The position numbers and the translations under genes are program-made. The notes below the pieces were generated by a model. The model saw only the letters and a list, made by a program, of their open reading frames with translations. It had not been told where the DNA came from and did not search any database. Shown here one piece after another: positions 1 to 10,700 of a stretch of DNA of 64,000 nt. This stretch comes from Vicinamibacteria bacterium (GTDB lineage: Bacteria > Acidobacteriota > Vicinamibacteria > Marinacidobacterales > Marinacidobacteraceae), in NCBI GenBank assembly GCA_965199715.1, contig CBDATA010000001.1, positions 160,001-224,000 of the forward strand. Reading direction: 5' to 3'. Every line of letters begins with the position of its first letter. Position 1 is the first letter of the stretch.

Positions 1-1034
1 GTGAACCCCTCGGGGAAGGGATCGTCCGGGTCCACGCTGTACTGGGCGACGCCGGTGATCCAGGCGGTTCCCGAAATTTCCGGAACGACGGCGGGAACGC
101 CGCCGACGGTCGCCTTCCGGATGAGCCGCCCGAGGAACTCGGTCCCCACCGGCCCCCGGTTGCGGAACGGTTCGCCGAGATCCAGCTCGCCCTTGGCGTG
201 GAGGACCGCCATCCGCGCCGAGGTTCCGGTGCCGCAGGGAGAGCGATCCAGCGCGCCCGTCCACGTTTCCGGGCGATTCCAGTCAAGGTCTCCGGTGGCC
301 ACCGTGACCGCGTTGGAGGCGACGCCGCGTTCCCGGTCCCATGGACCGGTGAGCTGCCCGATGCTCGCCCTGCGAATTTCGGGGTTCTCCGGGTGGACGG
401 CTTCAAGCTGCTCGCGAGCCGCCTGCTTCACCATCGCGCCGATCCGCGCCAGCGCGCTCCCATGTTCGGGAGCGATCTCAAGACCGAACCGAGCGGCGCT
501 GGCGATGGCGTAGAACATCCCGCCCCACGACAGATCCACCTCGACCTCGCCGAGCGTAGGGATTTCGACGCTGGCCCCGAGATGGATCGGAAACGCCGGA
601 ACGTTCTCGAACCGCACCGACGTCACCTTGCCGCCCGACACCGCCGCGCGCACCTCGACAAGCCCCGCAGGCGTCTCCAGAACCAGATCGGTGTGGGGCT
701 CCCGCGCCGGCAGCATGCCGGTCTCCAGGAGCGCGGTCACGGTGCAGATCGTGTTCGTGCCCGACATCGGCGGGTACTCGGTCTGCTCCATGATGACGAA
801 GCCGGCGTCCGCCTCGCTCGTCGTGGGCGGGAGCACGAGATTGCAGTTGGAAGCGGGGAACCCTCGAGGCTCCCGCAGCATGAGCTTTCGCAGGTCGTCG
901 CCGTGGCGCTCCAGATGCTGCATCTTCTCGAACATGGAGCCGCCCGGAACGTCGAGGACGCCGCCCACGATGACCCGCCCGGGTTCGCCCGCGGCGTGGA
1001 GGTCCACCGCGTGGATGACCCGCCGGACGCGCAT
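1..1034 (-). CDS. Proline racemase family protein (3' end runs off the window); Ser/Cys catalytic pair
   Basis: Not in the ORF track because there is no stop in the window. Manual translation from ATG 1034: MRVRRVIHAVDLHAAGEPGRVIVGG...LMLREPRG...EYPPMSGTNTICTVTALLETGM...WGGMFYA...DRSPCGTGTSARMA...SGTAWITG...DPFPEGF, all hallmark proline-racemase-family motifs. Confidence 0.9.
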   Translation of the reverse strand, partial: MRVRRVIHAVDLHAAGEPGRVIVGGVLDVPGGSMFEKMQHLERHGDDLRKLMLREPRGFPASNCNLVLPPTTSEADAGFVIMEQTEYPPMSGTNTICTVTALLETGMLPAREPHTDLVLETPAGLVEVRAAVSGGKVTSVRFENVPAFPIHLGASVEIPTLGEVEVDLSWGGMFYAIASAARFGLEIAPEHGSALARIGAMVKQAAREQLEAVHPENPEIRRASIGQLTGPWDRERGVASNAVTVATGDLDWNRPETWTGALDRSPCGTGTSARMAVLHAKGELDLGEPFRNRGPVGTEFLGRLIRKATVGGVPAVVPEISGTAWITGVAQYSVDPDDPFPEGF

Positions 1035-1037
1035 CGC

Positions 1038-1268
1038 TCAGTCCTCCCGGCAGGCGTCCGAACAGAACGCCGCGCCGCCCGCACGCACGATCCGGCCCGC
1101 GGGCGCATGCAGGCCGCAACGCTCGCAGCGGATCACTTCACCGCGGAACGCCGCGTTGCGGGGGCCGCCCGCCGGCTCGGCCCGGGGCCGCAAGAGGATC
1201 ATCCGCACAACGCCAAAAAGGACGCGGGCGAACGCCGCCACCAGCAGGATCTGGACGAATCGCAGCAC
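1038..1268 (-). CDS. Small membrane-anchored putative zinc-binding protein (PP0621-like)
   Basis: N-terminal hydrophobic helix, then CERCGLH...FCSDAC; sits tightly between co-oriented genes. Confidence 0.7.
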   Translation of the reverse strand: MLRFVQILLVAAFARVLFGVVRMILLRPRAEPAGGPRNAAFRGEVIRCERCGLHAPAGRIVRAGGAAFCSDACRED

Positions 1269-1278
1269 CCCGAACCTC

Positions 1279-1848
1279 TCAGCGGTGTGCGCTCTTCAGC
1301 GCCTCAAGCTCGGCGAGGACCGCTTCCGCGGCAGCGGACGCCGGTGCGACCGCAACGAGCCGCTCCCAGTATCGGACCCCGGCCTCAATGTCCTGAAGCA
1401 GATAGAGGCTGAGCCGCCCCATCGCCAGCAGGCTGTCCGCGTGGTCCGGATCCACCGCGAGGATCGCTTCGAACTCGGCGGTCGCGGCGTCCACCTGTCC
1501 GAGGCCGATGCGGGCGAAAGCCAGCCGGCTGCGGATGTCGAGATCGGCGGGGACGAGATTGTGCGCCTGCTGGAGCCAGTACGCCGCGTCCCCGAACTGA
1601 CGGGCATCCAGATACAGGTCCGCCACGCGCACTCGAGCCGCCGGGTCCTCGGGCGCTTCCCGGACCTCGCCGAGCAGTTGCTCGAGCCGCGCCTCGTCCA
1701 CCTCCGCCGGCTCCGTTGCGGCCACTTCGGGGACGGCCCGGGGTTCGGGAGCCTCGGGAGCTTCGGCCGAGCCCAAGAGCCAACCGACTCCCACGCCGAA
1801 AACGAGCCCGGCCGCGAAGAACAGCCCACGCCGGGCGAGCGGGCTCAC
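1279..1848 (-). CDS. Membrane-anchored tetratricopeptide-repeat protein
   Basis: N-terminal TM helix; TPR-like helices (PEDPAARVRVADLY, DPDHADSLLAMG, YWERLVAVAP); 4-bp overlap with the upstream GT2 gene. Confidence 0.8.
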   Translation of the reverse strand: MSPLARRGLFFAAGLVFGVGVGWLLGSAEAPEAPEPRAVPEVAATEPAEVDEARLEQLLGEVREAPEDPAARVRVADLYLDARQFGDAAYWLQQAHNLVPADLDIRSRLAFARIGLGQVDAATAEFEAILAVDPDHADSLLAMGRLSLYLLQDIEAGVRYWERLVAVAPASAAAEAVLAELEALKSAHR

Positions 1849-3347
1849 CGCGCCTCTCCGAGCGAACGGAGTCCCACGTAGAGATACCCGAAGGCGAACA
1901 GCAGGTAGAACGGAGCGGAGGCGAGCATCCCGAGCGAGACGGCGTACCCGGTGGCGACGAGCATGGCGAGCCCGAGCACGACTTCAATGAGGGTAACCGC
2001 GCCGGCGGGAGTGCGGTAGCGCTTCCGCCGCCACCCCTGCCCCGGCGTCGCGACGCCGTACTTGGGAGTGCGCTCGAATGGCGTGCGGAGCCCCCGGATC
2101 CCCTCCAGCACGGCCACCGCGTTGCTGAACGAGAGTCCGATGCCGACGCCGAGGGCGGCCGGGATGTGCCGGAGCGCGGCGAAGAGCGGGCGGCGGTCGC
2201 CCGTCCCCCGCATGCGGTGGAGACGCCACGCCGACGCCGAGTAGAACGAGACCACCGAGAGCGTCGCGGCGGCGAAGATCGGGAGATCGAGGATGGCCAT
2301 CTCCTCGAGGCCGGTGCTGGCGCGGGCGGCCATCGCCGGGATCAGCAGCAGGCTCAGCGCCGCCATGAGGAGGTAGCAGAGGTTGCCCGAGAGATGCACG
2401 CAGGCTTCAAGGCGGACCCGCGCCGGCAGCCTTGAGGCGACGATCTGGGGCAGCAGCTTGCGGGCGGTCTGGAGCGATCCCTTGGCCCAGCGGCGCTGCT
2501 GGGCCTTGAAGGCGTTCATCGAAACCGGAAGCTCCGCCGGAGCCTCGATCTCCGGCGCGAACACGAAGCGCCAGCCGCGCAACTGCGCCCGGTAGGAGAG
2601 ATCCAGATCCTCGGTGAGGGTGTCGCCCTCCCAGCCGCCCGCGTCGGTGATGGCCTCGCGCCGCCAGATCCCGGCGGTGCCGTTGAAGTTGAACCAGCAC
2701 CGGTCGGCGTGGCGGCCGCCGTGCTCGGCGATGAAGTGGCCGTCGAGCAGGACCGCCTGAACGCCGGTCAGAAGCGAGTAGCGGCGGTTCAGGTGCCCCC
2801 ACCGGGCCTGCACCATCCCGACGCGGGCATCGCCCAGAAGATAGGGGACGGTCCGCCGCAGAAAGTCCGGCTCCGGGACGAAGTCGGCGTCGAAAACGGC
2901 GACGAACGGCGCGTCGGATCGACCCAGCCCCTCCTGAAGCGCCCCCGCCTTGAAGCCGGTCCGATGGTGGCGGTGGACGTACTCCATCGGGACCCCGGCA
3001 GCGCGGTGGCGCTCGACGAGGCGGGCCGCGATCTCGGTCGTGTCGTCGGTGGAGTCGTCCAGCACCTGAACCGTCAGCCGGGACTTCGGCCAGTCGAGCG
3101 CGGCGACGGCTTCAAGCAGCCGCTCAAGGACATAGCGCTCGTTGAAGACCGGAAGCTGGACAAGAACCTCCGGTGGCCGCTTCTCGGCGAGCGGCGCTCC
3201 TCGGGCGGCGAGGGCGGCGGCTTCCGTCCGCGCCCGCTTCCACTTGCGGGCGAGAATCCAGACCAACCGGTAACGGTGCCAACCGAACGCGGCGAGAAGC
3301 AGCAGCACCGCGAAGTACGCGGTGAGCACGGCGTCGGCGTAAGGCAC
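1845..3347 (-). CDS. Glycosyltransferase family 2, cellulose-synthase-like integral membrane
   Basis: QLPVFNE, VLDDSTD, GFKAGAL, FDADF, TEDLDLS and QQRRW motifs plus C-terminal TM helices. Confidence 0.92.
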   Translation of the reverse strand: MPYADAVLTAYFAVLLLLAAFGWHRYRLVWILARKWKRARTEAAALAARGAPLAEKRPPEVLVQLPVFNERYVLERLLEAVAALDWPKSRLTVQVLDDSTDDTTEIAARLVERHRAAGVPMEYVHRHHRTGFKAGALQEGLGRSDAPFVAVFDADFVPEPDFLRRTVPYLLGDARVGMVQARWGHLNRRYSLLTGVQAVLLDGHFIAEHGGRHADRCWFNFNGTAGIWRREAITDAGGWEGDTLTEDLDLSYRAQLRGWRFVFAPEIEAPAELPVSMNAFKAQQRRWAKGSLQTARKLLPQIVASRLPARVRLEACVHLSGNLCYLLMAALSLLLIPAMAARASTGLEEMAILDLPIFAAATLSVVSFYSASAWRLHRMRGTGDRRPLFAALRHIPAALGVGIGLSFSNAVAVLEGIRGLRTPFERTPKYGVATPGQGWRRKRYRTPAGAVTLIEVVLGLAMLVATGYAVSLGMLASAPFYLLFAFGYLYVGLRSLGEAR

Positions 3348-3390
3348 GGGTGGGCCGGGATTGTGGCGCGGGGCGCGATACTCGCCCGGC

Positions 3391-4734
3391 TTGTCCCGAG
3401 GCCGCCTCGCCGCGATCGCCGCGGCTCACGTCGTCCTCGCGGCGCTGCTCGCATGGGCCATCGCTGCGGGAGCGGGATTCCCGGCGCACGCGGCGGCGCA
3501 CGTGCTTCTCGCGGTTCCGCTCGCGCTCGTCGTCGCGCCGCTCCTGTGGAATCCGCGCGGCGAAGGGAGGGGCGTTCGGCTGATCCTCGGCGCGGCGCTC
3601 CTCGCCCGCATCCCATTCCTGCTGAGCCCGCCCACGCTCTCCGGCGATCTGTATCGGGTGATCTGGGAGGGCCGGGTCATCGCGGCCGGGCACGATCCGT
3701 GGACCGAGCCCCCGGACCACCCGGCGCTCGCCGAGCTTCGGGACGAATTTCCAGAAATCCGCGAGCGCGTCGCGTATTGGAAGCTGCCGGCCATCTATCC
3801 CCCGCTGGCGCAGTGGTTCGGATACGCGGCGACTGGCCTGACCACCGACGCGAGGGCGCTGAAGGGGGCGCTCGTCGGACTGGAGGCGCTGCTGGTGCTG
3901 GGGCTGTGGCTGCTGCTTCGGAGCGGCGGCCTGAATCCGCTGCTTCTGACCATGTGGCTCTGGAACCCACTGGTGCTGACCGAAATCGCCGGGAGCGGCC
4001 ATCTGGACGTGCTGGGCGTCGGGCTGCTGGCCTTCGCCGTGCTTGCGGCGGAGCGAAGCCGAGCCGTGCCCGCGGCGGTTCTGGCCGCGCTCTCCGGCCT
4101 CGCCAAGCTCGCCGGGTTCGCGGTGCTTCCGCTGCTCCTCCGCCGGGCGGGATCGGTACGGGCGGTCGCCGCGGCCGCCGTCGCGGTCGTGGCGGCCACC
4201 CTGACGCTCCCGGGAGCCGCCCGCCCGTTAGCCCGGCTGGGGGAGCTCACTGGCAGCCTCACCCATTTCGCCCGGCACTGGCGCTTCAACGAGGGCCTCT
4301 ATCTCGGCGTGGAGGCGCTCGCCGGGGAACTCGCCCGTCCGGTCGTGGCGCTGCTGCTCTTGGCCTTGCTGGTGACGCTGATGTCCCGGCGGCCCAACCC
4401 GTCGCTCGGAGCTCTGTGGCTTGCGGGAAGCGCGTTCCTGCTCTCCCCGGTCGCCCACCCGTGGTATCTCCTCTGGGCGCTTGCCTTCGCGCCGCTCCAT
4501 CCGGAGCGCCGGGCGCTCGTCGCCGCCGCGCTCACCCTCAGCGTAACGGCGGTGTTCAGCTATGGCCCGTTCTGGATGACTCCGCCGGGCGGCGAATGGG
4601 CGCTCTCCCCGGGGCTCCGGCTCGCCGAGTACCTGCCGCCGCTTGCCGTCGCCACGGTCGTGGCGCTCTGGTTTGACCGGCATCCGCCTCACTTTCTACA
4701 ATCGCGGCGTGCAAAACGAAACCGGATTTCATGA
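3391..4734 (+). CDS. Polytopic GT-C-type glycosyltransferase (GT87/DUF2029-like)
   Basis: LSGDLYRVIWEGRV, IYPPLAQ, WNPLVLTEIAGSGHLD and HPWY motifs; many TM helices. Start is TTG 3391 or TTG 3361. Confidence 0.75.
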   Translation: MSRGRLAAIAAAHVVLAALLAWAIAAGAGFPAHAAAHVLLAVPLALVVAPLLWNPRGEGRGVRLILGAALLARIPFLLSPPTLSGDLYRVIWEGRVIAAGHDPWTEPPDHPALAELRDEFPEIRERVAYWKLPAIYPPLAQWFGYAATGLTTDARALKGALVGLEALLVLGLWLLLRSGGLNPLLLTMWLWNPLVLTEIAGSGHLDVLGVGLLAFAVLAAERSRAVPAAVLAALSGLAKLAGFAVLPLLLRRAGSVRAVAAAAVAVVAATLTLPGAARPLARLGELTGSLTHFARHWRFNEGLYLGVEALAGELARPVVALLLLALLVTLMSRRPNPSLGALWLAGSAFLLSPVAHPWYLLWALAFAPLHPERRALVAAALTLSVTAVFSYGPFWMTPPGGEWALSPGLRLAEYLPPLAVATVVALWFDRHPPHFLQSRRAKRNRIS

Positions 4735-6889
4735 TCGACAAACGCGACGCAGTCGCACGGCCTCCGCATTGGGGCTGAGCCTGGCGCTGACCCTCTCCGC
4801 AAACGCCGTCCCCGGCGGATGGAATCCACCGGACCTGCCCGAGGCGGTGGCGAGTTTCGGAGCCGTCAGCGTGGGTGGTGCGCTGTACGTCTATGGCGGC
4901 CATGTCGGACGCGTGCACGCCCACTCGATCGAGAACATCAGCCCGGCGTTCCGGCGGCTCGCCCTCCGGGACGGCGCGGAGTGGGAGGAGCTGGCGCGGG
5001 GTCCACGGCTGCAGGGAGCGATCCTCGTCTCGGACGGCGAATCGGTGTACCGCGTCGGGGGGTTTGCCGCCGAGAACGCGACTGCCGAGGAGACCGAGGT
5101 TCTCCACTCCAGCGCGTCGTTCGCCCGATACGTAGCGGACGAGGATCGTTGGGAGCCGCTGCCCGACCTTCCCGCCGGCCGTTCGTCGCACGACGCCGTC
5201 GTGCACGACCGCGTGCTCTACGTAGTAGGCGGCTGGACGATGCGGGGCCCCGACGAGGACTCGGTGTGGGCCGACTCCGTGCTCGCGCTCGACCTCGACG
5301 GGGGCGACGACTGGCGGACGATCCCCGCCCCGTTCCGCCGACGGGCGCTCGCCGCCGGGGCCCGGGACGGCCGGCTGTATGCGCTCGGGGGTCTGGCGGA
5401 CGGCGGTTCGGTCTCGGCGGTGGACGTGCTGGACCTCGCGAGCGGCGAGTGGTCGGAGGGACCGAAACTCCCTCCCGGCCCGATGCGCGGCTTCGGAGCC
5501 GCCGCCGCGAGCCACCGGGATCAGCTCTTCGTGACTCAGACGAGCGGCAAGGCGCATCGCCTCAGCGATGACGGAAGCAGGTGGGAGCCGGTCGCCGAGC
5601 TGGACCCGCCCCGCATGATGCCCCGGCTGGTGGCGGTCGGGAATCGGCTCTTCGCGATCGGCGGCGCGAACAGAGACGGCCACCTGAAGTCGATCGAGAG
5701 CCTGGATATTCCCTCGAACGAGCCCGAGTGGACCGGATTTCGGGGCGGCGGCGAACCCGGCGTCAGCCGCGCAGCGCGGCTCCCGCTCGAATGGTCCGAC
5801 GACACCGCGGCGTGGCGGGCGAGGACGACCGGGTTCGGCCAGTCCAGCCCGGTCGTCGCTGGCGGCGCGATCTTCCTCACCTCGCTGGAAGGCGCCTTGA
5901 AGGAGACCAACTACGTGACCGCGCTCGATCTGGACGACGGCTCGGAGCGATGGCGGCGGACCTTCGGGGCGTCCGAGGAATTCGAGTGGAACGACTACGT
6001 GTCCAAGGCCGCCCCCACGCCGGCGGTCGATGAGGAGCGGCTCTACGCCCTTTTCGACAGCGGCGATCTCCTCGCGCTCACCCATGACGGCGAGACCGTC
6101 TGGAACCGCAACCTCAGCGCGGAGTTCGGGAGTTTCGGCGGCAACCACGGGGTCGGCGGTTCGGTGCTCCGAACCCCGGACGCCGTGGTCGTGCTGCTGT
6201 TGCGGAGGACGTACTCCTATCTGTTGGCCGTGGATCCGGCCACCGGTGAGACGCTCTGGAAGACGGATCGCGAGCCGGGCGTCGGCTGGAGCACGCCGGT
6301 GCCGACGCCCGACCGCAACGAGATCGTGGTGAGTGCATCCGGGCGCGTCGAGGGATTCGATGCGGGAAGCGGGGAGAGGCGCTGGTCGTACGCAGGCTTC
6401 AGCGGCAACAACGTGCCTTCTCCCACGGTCACGGACGATCTCGTGCTCATCGCCGGGCTCGAAGTGGAAGCGAACTTCGCGATCCGTCGCGGGGCGGAGG
6501 GAACGCTCGACGAGACCGTCGTGGCGTGGGCGGCAGGCTCGGCGTCGAACTTCGGATCGCCGCTCGTGTACGGCGAGTGCGCGTACTGGGTGAATCAGGC
6601 CGGCGCGGCCCGCTGCCTCGACTTGGAGTCAGGGGACGTACGGTGGACCCACCGGCTGCCGGCTTCGACGTGGGCGTCGCCGCTCGGGTTCGCCGACCGG
6701 GTGTACTTCTTCGGAGAAGACGGAGTCACGCAGGTGTTGCGGGCCTCCGGCGACGAGCCCGAGGTGCTGGCGACGAACTCCCTCACGGTGGACGCGCCGG
6801 TGACCGGATACGCGGCGGTGAACGACGCGATCGTCATCCGGGCGGGCCACGACGTGATCCGCGTGGGGCGAACCCCGGAAAGCCGCTGA
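4709..6889 (+). CDS. Secreted Kelch-repeat plus PQQ-like beta-propeller fusion protein
   Basis: Signal peptide; Kelch repeats (LYVYGG, VYRVGG, LYVVGG, LYALGG, LFAIGG); then WTGFRG..., GQSSPVV, APTPAVD, WSTPV, WASP typical of PQQ_2/BamB-like propellers. GTG 4709 lies 6 nt after TACAAT. Confidence 0.85.
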   Translation: MQNETGFHDRQTRRSRTASALGLSLALTLSANAVPGGWNPPDLPEAVASFGAVSVGGALYVYGGHVGRVHAHSIENISPAFRRLALRDGAEWEELARGPRLQGAILVSDGESVYRVGGFAAENATAEETEVLHSSASFARYVADEDRWEPLPDLPAGRSSHDAVVHDRVLYVVGGWTMRGPDEDSVWADSVLALDLDGGDDWRTIPAPFRRRALAAGARDGRLYALGGLADGGSVSAVDVLDLASGEWSEGPKLPPGPMRGFGAAAASHRDQLFVTQTSGKAHRLSDDGSRWEPVAELDPPRMMPRLVAVGNRLFAIGGANRDGHLKSIESLDIPSNEPEWTGFRGGGEPGVSRAARLPLEWSDDTAAWRARTTGFGQSSPVVAGGAIFLTSLEGALKETNYVTALDLDDGSERWRRTFGASEEFEWNDYVSKAAPTPAVDEERLYALFDSGDLLALTHDGETVWNRNLSAEFGSFGGNHGVGGSVLRTPDAVVVLLLRRTYSYLLAVDPATGETLWKTDREPGVGWSTPVPTPDRNEIVVSASGRVEGFDAGSGERRWSYAGFSGNNVPSPTVTDDLVLIAGLEVEANFAIRRGAEGTLDETVVAWAAGSASNFGSPLVYGECAYWVNQAGAARCLDLESGDVRWTHRLPASTWASPLGFADRVYFFGEDGVTQVLRASGDEPEVLATNSLTVDAPVTGYAAVNDAIVIRAGHDVIRVGRTPESR

Positions 6890-6918
6890 GCCGATGGCGG
6901 CGCCGTCGGATCGGGGCG

Positions 6919-7170
6919 CTACCGTTGCGGGAACAGGTACTTGGCGACGATGGCGAAGAGCCCGATGACGGAAACCGTCGAAGAGCCGATCCACACGCTG
7001 AGGACGGTGTTGGGCAGTTCGAAGGGCAAGGGCTGGATCCCGTGCGCGACAACGACCGCAACTACGACCCCGAGCCACGCGGAAATCAGCCGGAAAAGCC
7101 GCCAAGCGTAGGCTTTCCGCTCCTCTCGATCCTGCTCGAGAGTGCGGATTTCCTCGCGCCGAAATGCTCC
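6919..7170 (-). pseudogene. Start-less fragment of a small two-TM membrane protein
   Basis: Manual translation ...IRTLEQDREERKAYAWRLFRLISAWLGVVVAVVVAHGIQPLPFELPNTVLSVWIGSSTVSVIGLFAIVAKYLFPQR* (TAG 6919-6921); no in-frame ATG/GTG/TTG upstream before the stop at 7285. Confidence 0.55.
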
Positions 7171-7174
7171 CCGC

Positions 7175-7729
7175 TCAGTCGCGGCGGTACACGCTCCGGA
7201 TGTTGATGGTCTGGCCCCGGGGCGGGTCGATCTCGGTCCGGATCACCAGCGCGTCCTCGCTCGCCTGAATCGTGCGGAAGATTTTCAGATCTCCCATCGG
7301 GGACTCGCGCTTCTCGGTGACGCTGAGGATTCCGCCGGCGATCTCCGCTTCGGTGCGGATGGAGTTGCCGCGCCGGTCCTGCCGGAGGTGCTCCTCACCG
7401 TCAAGGTAGAGGATCTGGAGGTCCTCGCCCGCATGGATGCGGACCTCTCGCGCCTCCACTTCGATCTCAAGCGACTCCGGCTGGGAGGCCATTCCGGCCG
7501 GGCCGCCGGGGCCGCCACCGCCCCCGCGTCGCCCGGCCCGGCCGCCGAAGCCACCGCCCGCTCGGCGGCCGCGACCGCCCCGCTCCTCGGCGCGGCGCAT
7601 GGCCTCTTCCATGATCTTGCTGACGTCGTCGCTCTCCTCGGCGTCAAGCGACCACGTTCCGGCGAGGCCCCCGGACTGGGCCGCCGGGGCGAGCAGAATC
7701 AGGGTGAGGAGCGAAGCGAGCGTGGGCAT
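7175..7729 (-). CDS. Secreted hypothetical beta-rich protein with Gly/Arg-rich linker
   Basis: Signal peptide MPTLASLLTLILLAPAAQS; LAGTWSLDAEESDD lipocalin-like start; follows the Omp85 gene by 4 bp. Confidence 0.7.
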   Translation of the reverse strand: MPTLASLLTLILLAPAAQSGGLAGTWSLDAEESDDVSKIMEEAMRRAEERGGRGRRAGGGFGGRAGRRGGGGGPGGPAGMASQPESLEIEVEAREVRIHAGEDLQILYLDGEEHLRQDRRGNSIRTEAEIAGGILSVTEKRESPMGDLKIFRTIQASEDALVIRTEIDPPRGQTINIRSVYRRD

Positions 7730-7733
7730 GGGA

Positions 7734-10700
7734 TCAGAAGGGCCAGCCAAGCCAGAAGTCGAACCTCCAGCCGGGAATCGAGGTCGCGAAGTCGGTCCGC
7801 CGCGACCACGAGGCGTTCAGCGGAAGGCCGAGGAAGTACACGCGGGCGTTGATGCCGTACGCGGCCACGAAGTCGTCAAGGCCGAATCCCTCGGAAATGC
7901 AGACCGCCACGTTGCGCGGCCCGCAGAGCTGGCCGAGGCGCGACTCCCGCCGGTCGCTCGAAAAAAGCGAGAGCGGCTCGCCCGCGTACGCCGCGCCCCC
8001 GGCGTCCACGAACACGCTGCCCCGGATCGGCCCGATGAGCCCGAGCGGCGTGATCGCGGCGTCCACGATGGGGAAGCGGAACTCCACCGTCGCGTGCCCG
8101 CCGCGGTTGCCCGAGAAGGAGTAGAGGTCGTAGCCCCGAAGCTCGCCATTGCCGCCGAACCAGAAGAAGCCGGGGGCCTCGCCGAGGCTGTGGAACCAGC
8201 GCAGCCGCGCCGCGAGCACGCTCGCGGAAGTCACCTGAATGTACTTGCGGGCGTCGAGGTTGAAGGTCGTGCGCGAGAGGAACGGACCGCCCGGAGACCA
8301 CTCGATTCCGGCGTAGATGGTGCTGCCGGCCTGAGGAAACACCGCCGGCCCGAGCGCCCGGAAGCGCGTCGTCTCCTGAACGAACGCCGCCTTGAGCGGG
8401 ATCAGGTGGCCGCTCGGGAAGATGCGCCCGTAGAAATCGTCGTACTGGTCGATGAACTGCTGGGGAAACAGCGGATCCTCGCCGGGCCGGAGATGGACGT
8501 TCTCGAAGCCGGACCGCTGGTAGTCGTACCCCGCGCCCAGCTCGAGCCGCTGGAACCGGCTGAGCGGGTAGAGCGCCCGCGCCGACGCGCCGGTGGAGCG
8601 GATGGTCCCGATGCTGTCGGCGCGGGACCAGATGTTCGAGATGTAGTACGGCAGCAGCGGGTAGAAGAACGAGGTCTGGTCGTGCGCCTCCACGGCGTAC
8701 TGGAGGCGTCCCGCGAGGTTCGCGTACTGGACGTTGTAGATCCGGAAGTTGCGGACCGAGTAGGCGGTGAACGAGATGCGGTCGTCGCCGAGCACGTCCG
8801 AGAGCGAGAGCGAGGTGCCGCCGATGAAGTCGCCGTCGCTCGTGAACCCGGCGGTGATCGGCGGCGGACCGTCAAGGAAGAGCTTCTCGAACCGGGTCTT
8901 GTTCCGCTTGTTCTCGCTGATGATCTGATGATCGACGACCGGCACGAAGTCGATGACCGGCCCCGGAGTCCGGGCGATCATGTCCGCCGGAATCTCCTTG
9001 ACCGGCTCGTCCATCTGCAGCGTGTGGAGGCCCCAATTCCCCTTGTAGTAGCTGGTGAAGAGCAGCGTCTCCGCCCCGGTCTCCGGGTCGATGATCACGC
9101 TCGGCGAGAAGTTCCCGCCGAGCACGTCGGTGTACTGGAGGATGTCGCCGGTCTCGGTGTCCAGCACCCGGATGTTGAAGATGTCGTCGTCCTCGTTGGA
9201 CGAGTACACGAGGTCCCGTCCGTTCGGCGCGAAGATCGGGGCTACGTCGTGGAAGGTGCCGAAGGTGACCTGCTCCTTCTCGCGATCGGAGATCCGCAGC
9301 CGGTAGAGCTTGTCGTAGCCGCTGATCCGGCGGCTGTAGTAGAGCCACTCCCCGTCGGGGCTCACCGTCGGGAACTTGTCGTGGAAGTCGTCGTCGGTGA
9401 GGTTCTCGATGGCCTCGGTGCGGATGTTGATCCGGTAGATGTCCCCGACTCCGCTCCGAAGCGCGGAGAAATAGACCCACTCGCCGTTCGGTCCGACGTG
9501 GGGGAAGGTGGCCCGATCCAGCGGCATCTCGATGCGCCGCACGATCCTTGACTCGACCACGTCGGCGAACAGCAACGCCCTGCGCTTCTTGTACTTGCCG
9601 AAGAACGCGACTTCCGCGCCGTCGGGCGTCCAGCTCAGGTTGCGGCCGATGAGCTGGTCCTCGCCGGTGAGGCCCACGACGTTGATGAACTCGCCGGCGT
9701 ACCCCGGGGTGAGGTTGCGGATCACCGACCCGTCGCGGGCGGAAAGCAGCACCACGTCGTACTCGGACTCCCGCCGATTGCCGCTGAGCGCCGCGATCAG
9801 CTCGCCCGAAGGGGAGTGCGCCGCCGAGATCGCCCCGATGTAGCGGCCCTCGTTCGGCGAGATGTCGAGGCTGTAGTCCTCGGGGATCTCCTTGTCCCGG
9901 AACGGCTTGAACCGTTCCTTGATCCAGCGCCGGTACTCCCGGTAGAACTCCTCGGGAGCCATCCGGAACGCCTGCTCGTACACCTCCTCGCTGACCCCGC
10001 CGGTGACCGCCCGCCGCAGCGAGAAGACGAATTGGCGAACCCCCTCCTCGCCGAAGCGCTCCTCCATGAAGTTGAAGATGGAAGCGCCGAACGAGTACGG
10101 ATTCCGGCTGAACCGCGCGTTCAGCTCCTGGAACGTGGGAATCTGGTCCGCCACCGCGGCGTCCCGCACGGTCATCAGGTCGAGCGGGTCCCACTCGTCC
10201 TCCATGTAGGTCGCGAGGCCCTCGTCGATCCACAGCGGCACGACCTGCCGGAACAGCGAGCGCGGAATGATGTCGAACTCGAAGATGTGGGTGAGCTCGT
10301 GCAGGAAGAGCTCCTGAAGTTCGTCCGGCGGGTTGTCGATGGGGATCACCATCCGGTCCCGGGTGGACTCGGCGAACGCGCCGACCCCCTCGGGAATCTC
10401 GGAGGGAGACAGGTTGGTCTGGGCGAATTCGGAGAACGTCCGGTAGAGGATCAGCGGGATCGAGAACGGGATCTCGTGCTTGAGCCGGTCCGAGATCGTG
10501 TCGTACGCGCTCTCGGCGTAACTCACGAGCCTCCCCAGCTCCTCCTCCATCTCGGGGTAGTAATAGACGTCGAAGTGGGGCGACCGGTACACCTGCCACT
10601 CGTGCTTGTCGTACTTGACCTTGTTCTTGCCGTAGAACGGGATGAAGTACTGCGCGGTCGCCGGGGCCGCGAGCGACACGGCCGCGGCGAGGGCCAGCGC

